Assembly: GCA_002269645.1 (NCBI GenBank)
Contig: NIVC01000376.1
Location: 124,001 to 188,000 of the forward strand
DNA from: Macrostomum lignano
Taxonomy: Eukaryota
DNA length: 64,000 nucleotides
Reading direction: 5' to 3'
This document shows positions 50,801 to 63,139 of the stretch, in pieces. Each line of letters begins with the position of its first letter. The first letter of the stretch is position 1. The position numbers and the translations under genes are program-made. The notes beneath the pieces are model-generated. The model was not told the origin of the DNA, searched no databases, and saw only the letters and a list, made by a program, of their open reading frames with translations.

Positions 50801-53800
50801 CTTGGCATGCCGTTGCCCGCAGTTGGGAACCGCTGCTGTGAGTTGCTGCTGAGACCGCAGGCTCCCTTCCCTTCTTCCTCTCCTCTCGATTCCTGTCAAT
50901 TTCCCGGTTATTTTCAGTTTTGTCTTTAGCATTCCATTTGCTTTTTCTCTCCTTTTCTATCTTCCACGCTTCATCATCATTGCAATTTTGTGAGTCTGAG
51001 ATAAAAATTGCACACAATGCTGGCATTCTCCTCTTGTCATGGGATTTCAACTAGGTGACTAGAATATGTTATGTAACATTGATTTTACTTGTTGCTATTC
51101 AATATTTGAATAGGATTAGCATATAGGACTTTTCAGTGAATGGGAATTGGGATAATGTCTATCATAATTAGGATCGTGTCTATCGGAATTGGAGTAATGT
51201 CTAAAGGAATTGGGATTGTGTCTATGGGAATTGGGATAATGTCTATGGGAATTGGAATATTGTCTATGGGAATTGGGATAATGTCTATGGTAATTAGGAT
51301 CATGTCTATGAGAATTGGGATAATGTCTATGGGAATTGGGATAATGTCTATCGTTATTGGGATCGTGTCTATTGGAATAAAGATAGTGTCTATGGGAATA
51401 AGGATAATGTCTGTGGGAATTGGGATAGTGTCTATGGGAACTGGAATAGTGTCTATGGGGATTGGGATAATGTCTATGGGAATGGGGATAATGTCTTTGG
51501 GAATTGGGATAGTGTCTTTGGGAATTGGGATAGTGTCTATGGGAATCGGGATAGTGTCTATGGGAATCGGGTCATCGGGATAGTGTCTATGGGAATAGGA
51601 TAATGTCTATGGGAATAGGATAATGTCTATGGGAATTGGGAAAGTGTCTATGGGAATCGGGATAATGTCTATGGGAATAGGATAATGTCTATGGGAATTG
51701 GGAAAGTGTCTCTGGGAATCGGGATAGTGTCTATGGGAATCGGGATAATGTCTATGGGAATAAGATAATGTCTATGGGAATTGGGATAGTGTCTATGGGA
51801 ATTGGGAAAGTGTCTATGGGAATTGGAATAGTGTCAATGGGAATCGGGATAGTGTCTATGGGAATCGCGATAGTGTCTATGGGAATCGGGATAATGTCTA
51901 TGGGAATAATATAATGTCTATGGGAATTGGGATAGTGTCTATGGGAATTAAGAAAGTGTCTATGGGAATTGGAAGTGTCAATGGGAATCGGGATAGTGTC
52001 TATGGGAATCGGGATAGTGTCTATGGGAATCGGGATAGTGTCTGTGGGAATCGGGATAATGTCTATGGAATCGGGATAGTGTCTATGGGAATTGGGAAAG
52101 TGTCTATGGGAATTGGAATAGTGTTTTTTTAGAGTTATAGATAATAGAGCTATTTTATTTTGACTCTTGCAGTTCACTAACTCTGTTACTTTCTTACGGC
52201 TACGAGCCGGATTTAAATATACAATCGTATGCACTTTTATCTGTCAAACCTGACAAACCTATTCCGACTCACTCTGACACAACAAATGGCGACGAGGACG
52301 ACAATGGAATCTTTTAACTGCAGCAATCCGCGCAGCTGGGACGAGTACGAAGAAAGACTTGAATTTTACCTGGCGGCAAACAAAATTACGGATGAGGCGC
52401 TAAAGAGAGCTACTCTGCTCACGTTGATTGGTGAGGAAGCATTCTCAATATTACGGAATTCAATCGCTCCTCAGAAGTGCAAGGATAAGACCTACGATGA
52501 GCTACTTAAAGCACTCAAATCTCAGTTTGCGCCCACAATGAGTTCGATTGCACAAAGATTTGTGTTTGCCCAACGGAAGCAAAGGGATGGTGAAACAGTT
52601 GCCGAATTCGTGGTAAGTCTACGAAGTCTCAGTGCAAGCTGTAATTTCGACACCTTCTTGGATCAGGCCCTCCGAGACGCTTTTGTTTTCGGTCTCCGAG
52701 ACGAGCAAATGCTGAACAGACTGCTTAAATCATTAGAAGATAAGTCTTCATTTAAGGACGCAGTTGAAGCAGCTCAGGTGATTGAAAATGCGTGCAAAAA
52801 TGCACGAAGCATTCAAGGCCTTGCAAGCGATGTGAAGAGATTGGACACAAGAAAAGTGAAGCCTCAGACACATGAGCCATCCACATTTCGAGGCCCTACT
52901 GGAACTGCTGCATTTCCATTCAAGTCGCGCCCAACTAATAAGTCAGCAAATCAACGGAAGTGCTATCGGTGTTCCGCTTTGGACCACTTGGCAAACACTT
53001 GTTCGCACCGCAACAAACAATGCAAGAAGTGCGGTAAGGTAGGCCATTTGGGAATAGCTTGCAGATCAACAGTACCATCAAAAGGATTTCATAATAAGCA
53101 AATCGTAGACATCACACCCCTCCCTTTCCTCGATTCGATCATTGAGAGAAATCTTTGCAAGATTTGGTTTACCACGAGTGCTTCATTCTGACAATGGTTC
53201 TCCATTCACGTCATATCAATTTAAGGATTTTTTAAGACGGAATGGTATTCGACACTCTTTGAGTAGTCCTGCTCACCCAAGGTCAAATGGATTGGCTGAA
53301 AATATGGTAAAGCAAGTAAAAAAGGCTTTAAAAGCATCAGGCGAAGGCGACATACTAAAGCAGCTAGCAAACTTCCTGTTCCGGGCCAGAGCTACACCTC
53401 ACAGCACAATTGGAAAGACTCCATCGGAACTTCTGTTTGGTAGAAATCTGAGAACAAAACTGTAGTTGCTCTTTCCCGATGCGGAATCAAAGGTCTTGTG
53501 CGCCCAAGACAAACAAAAAGAGCGACATGACACTAAACTAACGGCGTCAGTGGACTTTTTCGTTGGAGAGAGAGTTCTGGTTCAGGATTTACGAAGAGGA
53601 AAAGACAGATGGGCTCTTGGAACTATTCTGAGACGTACAGCCCCGTTGACTTACTCTGTTCGAGTTGGTGATTTACTTAGGAAACGTCACGCGGATCAGC
53701 TTCTGAAGACAGGACAACGACTACAAGAGACTATTGAGCCAAAGCTGATATCGAATGATTCTAAAGTGAAGGATTCTGTTGAGACAGAACAATATGCTTC

Positions 53801-56800
53801 ACAGCTTACAGAAAAGGCTGATGGAAATTTCGGTCAACTACCAGAGAAGTTTGAAACTGACCAGCGACCCGGACCTGGTTACAATCTCCGGAATAGAGCA
53901 TTGTTAAAAAGGCCAACACGTTACAATTCAGGAAAGGGAGGGGTGTGATGTCTATGGTATTGAATACGAGCTTTTTATTTTGACTCTTGCAGTTCACTAA
54001 CTCTGTTACTTTCTAAAACAAGACTGCGCCTTTTCTTACGGCTACGAGCCGGATTCAAATATACAATCGTATGCACTTTTATCTGTCAAACCTGACAAAC
54101 CTATTCCGACTCACTCCGACACAACACTATGGGAATCGGGATAATGTCTATGCGAATCGGGATAATGTCTATGGGAATAATATAATGTCTATGGGAATTG
54201 GGATAGTGTCTATGGGAATTAAGAAAGTGTCTATGGGAATTGGATGTCTATGGGAATTGGGATAATGTCTATGGGAATTGGGATAGTGTCTATGGGAATT
54301 GGGATACTGTCTATGGGAATTGGGATAATATCTATGGGAATTGGGATAGTGTCTATGGGAATCGGGATAATGTCTATGGGAATTGGGATAATGTCTATGG
54401 GAATCGGGATAATGTCTATGGGAATTGGGATATTTTCTAAAAGCTTCAAAAAAATGTTTTTAAAACTTTGTAGGCAAACAAAATTCGCACCGAGCTGCCC
54501 TCAGCCAGCGTAGAAGTCTGGCAGGTTGAGCTGGCCTCGCTTCGCTCCGTGCTGAGCTTCTGCCGGCGGTACATGGCTTCTGGCTATCCTCTGCATGTCC
54601 TCATACTCAATGCAGGCGTGTGCGGCCCGGCTCACACCATCACTGAGGATGGAATTGAACTGCAGTTTCAGGTGAGTCAGATTTAAGTCTGAGCTAGATG
54701 AGTTTTGGCCATAGACACCTACCACTTGGTTGCTAAAATTAATGGGGGGTTTTCTGGAAGTGAGAATTCATGGTCATGGCCATAGACACGAGCGGCGATA
54801 GTGTCTATGGCCATTACCATGAATTCACTTCCAGCTAACTTCATTGGTCAATTTGTCCATCAGGATCCGAGTTGGGAAGGGGGAATGGGGGTGTGGGGGC
54901 GAAGCCCCACTTACAACCATAGACTATTTTATTTTACGCTCATAGACTCGTTCGTTTTCTAAAATGATATCCCGGTAAATTGCTTTATTGTCAATTTCAA
55001 ACAATGACTGGTCATTGCTGGAATATCATTGCCTTAACGTAAATTACCATAGACATTTTGAACAATGGTCACGCAGTTTCATGCTGGTGTCTTGCTGGTG
55101 GCTCAGTAAAAGTTCATGGCTCCTAGTTGAAGCCTAAACGACTTAATCTGCATGGTATGAAAAAAGGGCTAGAAGGCCTAAGTGCTTGTTTCAGAACCTA
55201 TACATACTCGGTATGATAGCGACGTTAAAATTTCAACCTAAATTTTTTGAAACCTCTCCTCGTCCAGCGGTACATTTGAGTAGTATTGGAAGCTTTTTGG
55301 GTAGTACTCAACTAAAAGCAGGCATGTACTTTAAGATAATTCATAAATAATTCCAGTCTGCATGGTTGCACCGTAAATTCAGTGACAATTATTTAGTGTG
55401 TGCATGCATTCGACTTTGGCAACAGTGACACGGTCATTTGGAATTAAAATTGTCATGAAAATTGAAGACTTTGACGTTGACTTGAGCTGAGAGCTTAGCG
55501 CATGTTCAGTGTGTTTATTATAAAAATTATCTGAATAAAAACCTGAATCGGATAATTCGGAAGTTCAGTGGGTGCAACAAGGCATCAGTTTTTAGTGCTG
55601 AGAAAGAGAAGCTAAAAACACTTCCTGTTTTGGCCATTGTATTTTGAGTAAAAAAACTGCCTAGCGCTAAAAACTTGAGTCGTAGTGCAAATTCCTGATA
55701 TTTGAAGTAGAAAATAATTGCAGATGACTTGACTTGCTAAAGCCCCTTGGTGCTAAAGCCCCTTGGTGCTAAAGCCCCTTGGTGCTAAAGCCCCTTGGTG
55801 CTAAAGCCCCTTGGTGCTAAAGCCCCTTGGTGCCAAAGCCCCTTGGTGCTAAAGCCCCTTGGTGCTAAAGAACACATGCCACAAACCGACCCTCAAAGCC
55901 AACTGAGGATGTATATATATGCCTGACAATGACAAAATTCTGCGCCTGAAATTCCAGCATTTCCTTTTTGTCGGTTTTTTTATTTTAATGGTTTATTAGC
56001 CGTAGCAGATGTACGACAGATGTAAATGTTCGCAGGCAATTACGAGTAAAAAGATGGTTACCATTTAACTGAGCACCTGAACTTGCACTCGTGCAAAGTA
56101 CTCGTACAAATACTTCTCAAGTTAAGTATTCTGAGGCATTTAAATTGATCTATTGTGGTGAATTTTCAAGGCCTAACTTTGCTTCAAATGTAATTGAAAT
56201 CTCTTTTAGTTCTCAAAATATCTATTGACAATTGAAACAATAAAAGCTAATATCGTTTCGGACGGGAAATAAGTGAAATACAGCCCATGACCACACTTTT
56301 GGTGCAATCACACATAAGCACACTTAAGATGGCCTCATAAATACACTAAGGGTAGCCCCATAAAACACTAAAAATAGCCTCATAAACACACAATGGATAG
56401 CCCCATAAACACACTATGGATAGCCTCATAAACACACTATGGATAGCCTCATAAACACACAATGGATAGCCTCATAAACACACAATGGATAGCCTCATAA
56501 ACACACAATGGATAGCCTCATAAACACACAATGGATAGCCCCATAAACACACTATGGATAGCCTCATAAACACACTATGGATAGCCTCATAAACACACAA
56601 TGGATAGCCCCATAAACACACTATGGATAGCCTCATAAACACACTATGGATAGCCCCATAAACACACTATGGATAGCCTCATAAACACACAATGGATAGC
56701 CTCATAAACACACAATGGATAGCCTCATAAACACACAATGGATAGCCCCATAAACACACTATGGATAGCCTCATAAACACACTATGGATAGCCTCATAAA

Positions 56801-58975
56801 CACACAATGGATAGCCTCATAAACACACAATGGATAGCCCCATAAACACACTATGGATAGCCTCATAAACACACAATGGATAGCCTCATAAACACACAAT
56901 GGATAGGCCCATAAACACACTATGGGATAGCCTCATAAACACACTATGGATAGCCTCATAAACACACAATGGATAGCCCCATAAACACACAATGGATAGC
57001 CTCATAAACACACAATGGATAGCCTCATAAACACACAATGGATAGCCCCATAAACACACTATGGATAGCCTCATAAACACACAATGGATAGCCCCATAAA
57101 CACACTATGGATAGCCTCATAAACACACTATGGATAGCCCCATAAACACACTATGGATAGCCTCATAAACACACAATGGATAGCCTCATAAACACACTAT
57201 GGATAGCCTCATAAACACACTATGGATAGCCTCATAAACAAACAATGGATAGGCCCATAAACACACTATGGATAGCCTCATAAACACACTATGGATAGCC
57301 TCATAAACACACCATGGATAGCCCCATAAACACACTAAGAATAGCCCCATAAACCAAATATAAATGGCTAAGAATCGCCAAACCGCCAATCGCAATCCAG
57401 GTGAACCACCTGTCCCAGCTGTACCTCATGCGCCTGTTGCTACCCACTCTGCTGGCCTCGGCTCCTGCTCGAGTAGTGCTAGTCAGCTCGGAGAGTCACC
57501 GATCCACTTCAATTACGAGGGAGACGTTTGACGAGGCCCACCTGAACCAGACCAATCCGAGGCTGTACCGGGGCACCGCCGGCCTTCCCCAGTACGGCGA
57601 CTCCAAACTCTGCAATGTGCTCACCGCTAGATTTGTTGATAAACATTTTGCATCTCGCGGTATTCGGGCTTTCTCTGTGCACCCTGGCAACATGGTGTTC
57701 ACCGGCATTCAGCGACAGTGGTGGCTCAGTCGGCTGGTCTTTGTTTTGGCTAGGCCGTTTACAAAGACTGTGGTATGTTGTAATAATGCTAATCTAATCT
57801 ACCTCAGGAATAGATCAGATATCTACCCTGAGAATCGGCCCCAATCTACCCTGAGAATCGGCCCCAATCTACCCAGAGAATCGGCCCCAATCTACCCAGA
57901 GAATCGGGTCCCATCTACCCTGAGAATCAGGTCCAATCTAACCTGAGAATAGGCCCTAATCTACCCTGAGAATCGGCCCCAATCTACCCAGAGAATCGGC
58001 CCCAATCTACCCAGAGAATCGGGTCCAATCTACCCTGAGAATCAGGTCCAATCTATTCAGAGAATCGGCCCCAATCTACCCTGAGAATCGGCCCCAATCT
58101 ACCGTGAGAATCAGGCCCAATCTATTCAGAGAATCGGCCTCAATCTACCCTGTAAATCGGCCCCAATCTACCGTGAGAATCGGCCCCAATCTACCCTGAG
58201 AATCGGCCTCAATCTACCCTGAGAATCGGCCTCAATCTACCCTGAGAATCGGCCTCAATCTACCCTGAGAATCGGGCTCAATCTACCCTGAGAATCGGCC
58301 CCAATCTACCCTGAGAATCAGATCCAATCTACCCTGAGAATCAGATCCAATCTACCCTGAGAATCGGCCTCAATCTACCCTGAGAATCGGCCTCAATCTA
58401 CCCTGAGAATCGGCCTCAATCTACCCTGAGAATCAGGTCCAATCTACCCTGAGAATCGGCCTCAATCTACCCTGAGAATCGGCCTCAATCTACCCTGAGA
58501 ATCGGCCTCAATCTACCCTGAGAATCGGCCTCAATCTACCCTGAGAATCAGGTCCAATCTACCCTGAGAATCGGCCTCAATCTACCCTGAGAATCGGCCT
58601 CAATCTACCCTGAGAATCGGCCTCAATCTACCCTGAGAATCAGGTCCAATCTACCCTGAGAATCGGCCTCAATCTACCCAGAGAATCGGCCCCAATCTAC
58701 CCTGAGAATCGGGCTCAATCCCGCAGGAGCAGGGCGCGGCCACCTCAGTGCTTGCCGCCTTCGACCCCACCATCGAGCAATACGGCGGCGGCTACTTCAA
58801 CAACTGCACGCCCTGCGAGACCAGCGATCTTGGCCGCGACCCTCAGCTGACCGACAGGCTGTGGCGCATCAGCGACAGCCTTCTGCGCCGCTGCGAGTCC
58901 GAGTGGCTGGCCGAGGCCCCCGCGGGTGCCGGCGCTGGCGTCTCTCCGCTGGACGAGTGCGCTGTTGACCTTTAG
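47801..58975 (+). CDS. WWOX: WW domain-containing oxidoreductase, 440 aa (exons 47801-47922, 49036-49158, 50579-50837, 54474-54671, 57401-57772, 58727-58975)
   Basis: DDTDSEEELPAGWE WW1, WW2 ending DPRL, TGASSGIG, NAG, VVLVSSESHR, YGDSK (YxxxK); all six exons join in frame (1323 nt). Confidence 0.95.
47990..48855. repeat. ~30-bp minisatellite in WWOX intron 1
   Basis: TCAGCAATTCCCCCCAAAAGCCTTGACATA copies. Confidence 0.95.
49355..49695. repeat. 32-bp minisatellite in WWOX intron 2
   Basis: GATCTGCCCGTTTTCGGAAAATCGCCCTTAGA copies. Confidence 0.95.
50158..50410. repeat. 35-bp minisatellite in WWOX intron 2
   Basis: TGTTGATCTTAATTCCCCGGTCATTTAGGAGGGAA copies. Confidence 0.9.
52286..53191 (+). 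CDS. Gypsy Gag with two CCHC zinc knuckles (runs into the deletion junction)
   Basis: WDEYEERLEFYLAAN, FVFAQRKQRDGETVAEF, LRDAFVFGL, CYRCSALDHLANTC and CKKCGKVGHLGIAC. Confidence 0.9.
   Translation: MATRTTMESFNCSNPRSWDEYEERLEFYLAANKITDEALKRATLLTLIGEEAFSILRNSIAPQKCKDKTYDELLKALKSQFAPTMSSIAQRFVFAQRKQRDGETVAEFVVSLRSLSASCNFDTFLDQALRDAFVFGLRDEQMLNRLLKSLEDKSSFKDAVEAAQVIENACKNARSIQGLASDVKRLDTRKVKPQTHEPSTFRGPTGTAAFPFKSRPTNKSANQRKCYRCSALDHLANTCSHRNKQCKKCGKVGHLGIACRSTVPSKGFHNKQIVDITPLPFLDSIIERNLCKIWFTTSASF
52287..52298 (+). promoter_or_regulatory. Primer-binding site complementary to the tRNA-Ser(GCU) 3' end
   Basis: TGGCGACGAGGA two bases after the LTR end; the eukaryotic tRNA-Ser(GCU) 3' end ...UCCUCGUCGCCA is recalled, not looked up. 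Confidence 0.7.
53142..53948 (+). pseudogene. Gypsy integrase C-terminal half with one in-frame stop (53463-53465)
   Basis: FARFGLP...SDNG.PFTS..F..F...NGI.H....PAHPRSNGLAE, YRA-like FRARATPHST, GPY-like region. Confidence 0.9.
55736..55868. repeat. 16-bp minisatellite in WWOX intron 4
   Basis: AGCCCCTTGGTGCTAA copies. Confidence 0.95.
56330..57355. repeat. 23-bp minisatellite in WWOX intron 4
   Basis: ATGGATAGCCTCATAAACACACT copies. Confidence 0.95.
57795..58720. repeat. 23-bp minisatellite filling WWOX intron 5
   Basis: AATCTACCCTGAGAATCGGCCTC copies. Confidence 0.95.
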
Positions 58976-59164
58976 TGACCTTGTGCCGATGCAAGCGTGT
59001 AGAATTTGGAATTACTAATTTTTAATGCTGGATTGTTACTGTATTTTGAGAGTTGATAAAACTATTACTAAAGTCCCTACCGGTAATGGTTGCCTATCTG
59101 TATAGTCTGTAGTGTCACTAGTTTTTACTTTGTAAAGTGTATAATTTCACTGCTTTACTCTGTA

Positions 59165-59200
59165 AATCTGTCTGTCTGCGTGTCCATCTGTCTGTCTGCC

Positions 59201-59241
<41 letters not shown>

Positions 59242-59244
59242 GAC

Positions 59245-59284
<40 letters not shown>

Positions 59285-59322
59285 CATCTGTCTGTCTGTC
59301 TGTCTGTCTCTCTGCGTGTCCA

Positions 59323-59381
<59 letters not shown>

Positions 59382-59390
59382 GTCTGTCTA

Positions 59391-59421
<31 letters not shown>

Positions 59422-59500
59422 GACTGTCTGTCTGACTGTCTGTCTGTCTGACTGTCTGTCTGTCTGTCTGTCTTAGTGTCTGTCTGAGTGTCTGTCTGTC
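59165..59500. repeat. (TCTG)n microsatellite
   Basis: Direct. Confidence 0.95.
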
Positions 59501-60146
59501 AATTTAGGCCATCTGAATGTACTTATCGGTGGAAATTTGATTTTAATAAACCAGTGAGCGGCAGTAACCGGCTGGCTGATTAAGTATCAAACTGATTATC
59601 TTTTCGCCACACCCGTTGTTAATTTCTGTTAGCCTAAGGTGCTGCATTAGGTTTATCTGCAAGGGATTAACAGGTTCAGTTGCAATTTTGGTAGCGACTT
59701 TTCGATCGTTACAACTGTCGTATAGCTGTAGAGATGCAACAAGGGACTATTTCAGCGGGAAAAGCTCCGATAATCCTTGCTTTTTATGAAAACTATTTCA
59801 ACCGGGTCAAAGCTACAATTGAAGCAGTTTCACCCCAGAGAAAATACGCCAGTACAAGAGGCTAGTCTGTTATCAACAGTGGATGTTGAATTCTGCTTTG
59901 AGCCATTGTCTTCATGCTCTGAAGAAGCCAAGAAGCTTTGTTGCATTGCATTTTCACATTGTCAAGCTTTTTTCCTAAGGGATGCCCGTAGTGGCATCAG
60001 CTGGTTTTCTGTCCGTCCCAACCAATGAGGAACACTCTCGCCCTTATAAGTACTGTATTTTCGACTCAGCTCAACCCGCTTCCTGATGCCCTCTGGTTCG
60101 AGCGTCCTAGCTTGTGAACTTGTCCCGCGATTCGACTCTCGTTGCC

Positions 60147-63094
60147 ATGCGCTTGGCGATTCTTTTTGCTGTTTTCCTCTGCGCGACTTGGGAATTCGGA
60201 CACTGCAGCGACTGTCCGAGTTTCACCCGCCGGCTAGCTCGACTCTGCCTTCGAGACGAGTTCCTTATCAACGCTTCGTCGGTTCGCGTTGCTAACGACG
60301 CCACCTGCGGTCTGGCCTGCATCGAGCGAGGCCCGCGGTGCCAGGGTTACCGGTTGGCAACCAGCGTTGGCTGTCAGCTGTTCGAGTTTGACAGGTGCAG
60401 CGTGGCGGTGAACGTGCCCGAGAGCGAGTGCAGTCTGCGGAAACTTGACTGGGTCTTTGTCCGGCACCGGGCCGGCCTGCCCAGGGGACGGCTCTGCCCG
60501 GACGGCTTTGGCCACGGCTGGCTGGGCTCGGTGTACAAGCTGCTGGACGTTGCCGACTGGAACGAGGGTCTGGCCAGGTGCGACCGGGTGTCCGAGGGTC
60601 TTAAAGCAAGTTTTACAGGGGTGGATGGGTGTGCGAGAGTTTCTCTGGCTTAATTTATCATTCTCTTTGGCCGAAAAGTTTAACTGGTCTCTGGCTTTGG
60701 ACTGTCTGCCAACTGCTCCAAGACCATAAATTGGCTGCAGTCCCTAACAATATCTTAACCCGACCCTGACCTAAACCTTACCCTACCCTGACCTTAACCT
60801 ACCCTGGCATAAACCTAACTCTACCCTACCCTGACCTAACCCTACCCTACCCTGACCTAAACCTACCCTGGCCTAAACCTAACCCTACCCTACCCTGACC
60901 TAACCCTACCCTACCCTGACCTAAACCTACCCTACCCTGACCTAACCCTACCCTGGTTTAAACCTAACCCTACCCTACCCTGACCTAACCCTACCCTACC
61001 CTGACCTAAACCTAACTCTACCCTACCCTGACCTAACCCTACCCTGACCTAACCCTACCCTACCCTGACCTAAACCTAACTCTACCCTACCCTGACCTAA
61101 CCCTACCCTACCCTGACCTAACCCTACCCTGGTTTAAACCTAACCCTACCCTACCCTGACCTAACCCTACCCTACCCTGACCTAAACCTACCCTGGCCTA
61201 AACCTAACCCTACCCCGACCCAACCCTAACCCTAACTCAGTCATTGCTAATCAGTCAAAAGTCGGGAATCGGAGATGAAATTCTGTTAAATCAGCTCAAG
61301 TTGTAAATTGAACTCATTTAACTCACCTGAAATCTGTGCTCATTTATGGAGGCCTTGTATTTTTCTCGCCTCCTGCCAGAGAATGATTACACGAGAATGT
61401 GATTTACATGTGCATGTCTTAAGTGCTAGCAATGTGCTAAGGTAATACAATAGATTCTCATGAATAAATATTAAGACTTAGCTGGTACTTTTAAAACCGT
61501 GGTGTGCAAACTGCCAAAGCATTGGCAAGCAAACTATTGCGTGGAAATCTCATAGATCCTTGTTCAGACTGCCTCCATTACTAATTGCAGCTTACAGATT
61601 TTTTGAGTTTGCAGGTGCAAATGCGTATTTTAGTGTATTGTGCTTCGGAGCTGCATCTCGAGACTCTCGATATTTGAGAAACCTATTTGAGCAGCTAAGG
61701 CCCCTCGAGCGTTATCGCAAATAGCTCTGTAGCTGCCCCTGTCTCCCACTGCTGCAATACTTCTAGCTGAAACGTTTCCTTTAGCATATAAAATACGTGT
61801 ACTGTGTGTACTACGAGTATGAGCATCTCTGTCAACGATCTTGCAGAAGCGGGCTAACGGCTGAAACGACGGCCCCCGATGTCGCGCGGCTTTCTCACAG
61901 TTACTGATAAAAATCCTGGCTTTGCCCAAGAGTTTCAGACACATTTACATAGATTTAGGACACATTTAGATGCATTTAGGACACATTTAGATGCATTTAG
62001 GACACATTTAGGACACGTTTCGATACACATTTAGATACACTTAGGACACATTCGGACACATTTAGGATACATTTAGCACATGTAGATACATTTAGCACAT
62101 TTAGATACATTTAGGACACATTTAGCCACATTTAAGACACATTTGGAAACATTTAGGGCAAATTTAGATACATTTATATACATTTAGCACACATTTAGGA
62201 TACATTTAGGACACATTTAGCACATGTAGATACATTTAGCACATTTAGATACATTTAGCACATTTAGATACATTTAGGACACATTTAGCCACATTTAAGA
62301 CACATTTGGAAACATTTAGGGCAAATTTAGATACATTTATATACATTTAGCACACATTTAGGATACATTTAGGAAACATCGAGGCATATTTAGCGCATAT
62401 TTAAATACATTTAGGACACATTGAGACACATTTATATGTACACACAAACTTCTTTAACCATTTCTTGAAACATAATTATATAAATGTATCTAAATATTTA
62501 AGGCACATTTGAGGACACATTCTGATAAGATCAGGACACATTTAGGACACATGTAGACAGAAGACACTCATTAAGAAGTCTTTGAAACAAATTACTGCCA
62601 GATTTAGACACCATCATAAAAATATGAGAAGCAGATGCTCGGGGGGGGAGCATTAGTCTCATGTTAACAGTCATTTAGTTGATTTATAGACTGATTTTTA
62701 CAACCATGACGCTATATGGCCATTCAAGACAACTCTAAATGACTACTCCAGATGCGAGTCCATGACCAACCACGGCCTGACCAAATTTGCTGACGGTAAC
62801 AACGCTGCTGAGGTGACCCACCTGCACTGGATCAAGGCGAACGTCAACTCTGGTCGGTCGTTCTTTGTCGGCGGATTCCGACCGGGCGGGTCCACCTGGG
62901 ACCCCTGGTTCTGGCGCGGCTGCAACTCCTCCTTCCTGCCGGAGGTCTGGGGCTACGGGCAGCCCAACGAAGGCGTCAGCGCCGACCGGAGCAACGTGTG
63001 GTCAACCCACTCGTCCGGCATAGATGACGTAACCTACAAATACTCTTCCATTGGCCAGGCTCTGTGCGAGTGCGTGGATCCATTTGCTGATTGA
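60147..63094 (+). CDS. Secreted PAN/apple-like + C-type lectin domain protein, 257 aa (exons 60147-60577, 62752-63094)
   Basis: Signal peptide; TCGLACIERGPRCQGY...GCQL (PAN-like); CPDGF...YKL...WNEGLARC, spliced AG|A to CES...FFVGG...WFW...WGYGQPN...ALCE. Confidence 0.8.
60760..61235. repeat. CCCTAA-related degenerate minisatellite (CCTAACCCTACCCTACCCTGA)
   Basis: Direct. Confidence 0.9.
61945..62560. repeat. Degenerate ACATTTAG(G)A-type repeat
   Basis: Direct. Confidence 0.85.
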
Positions 63095-63139
63095 GATTGA
63101 GAAATGTTTCAGATTACAAGGCGATTCAGGCACAGCCTT

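Larger units (their letters stand above)
52122..54126 (+). mobile_element. Internally deleted Ty3/Gypsy LTR element (LTRs ~52122-52284 and 53944-54126)
   Basis: Near-identical LTR bodies ending ACAACA; PBS TGGCGACGAGGA at 52287; PPT AGGAAAGGGAGGGG at 53930-53943; gag and the 3' half of integrase present, PR/RT/RNase H absent. Confidence 0.92.
51140..54432. repeat. 21-bp minisatellite (GGGATAGTGTCTATGGGAATT) in WWOX intron 3, split by the Gypsy element
   Basis: Arrays at 51140-52121 and 54127-54432. Confidence 0.95.

Noticed and set aside
50616-51050. Minus-strand ORFs overlapping WWOX exon 3 (similarly those opposite the P450, noggin-like gene and paralog exons)
   Set aside because: Antisense shadows of GC-rich coding exons
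61630-61944. Minus-strand 104-aa ORF in the lectin intron with two Cys
   Set aside because: No recognisable motif; probably chance or an unidentifiable TE scrap
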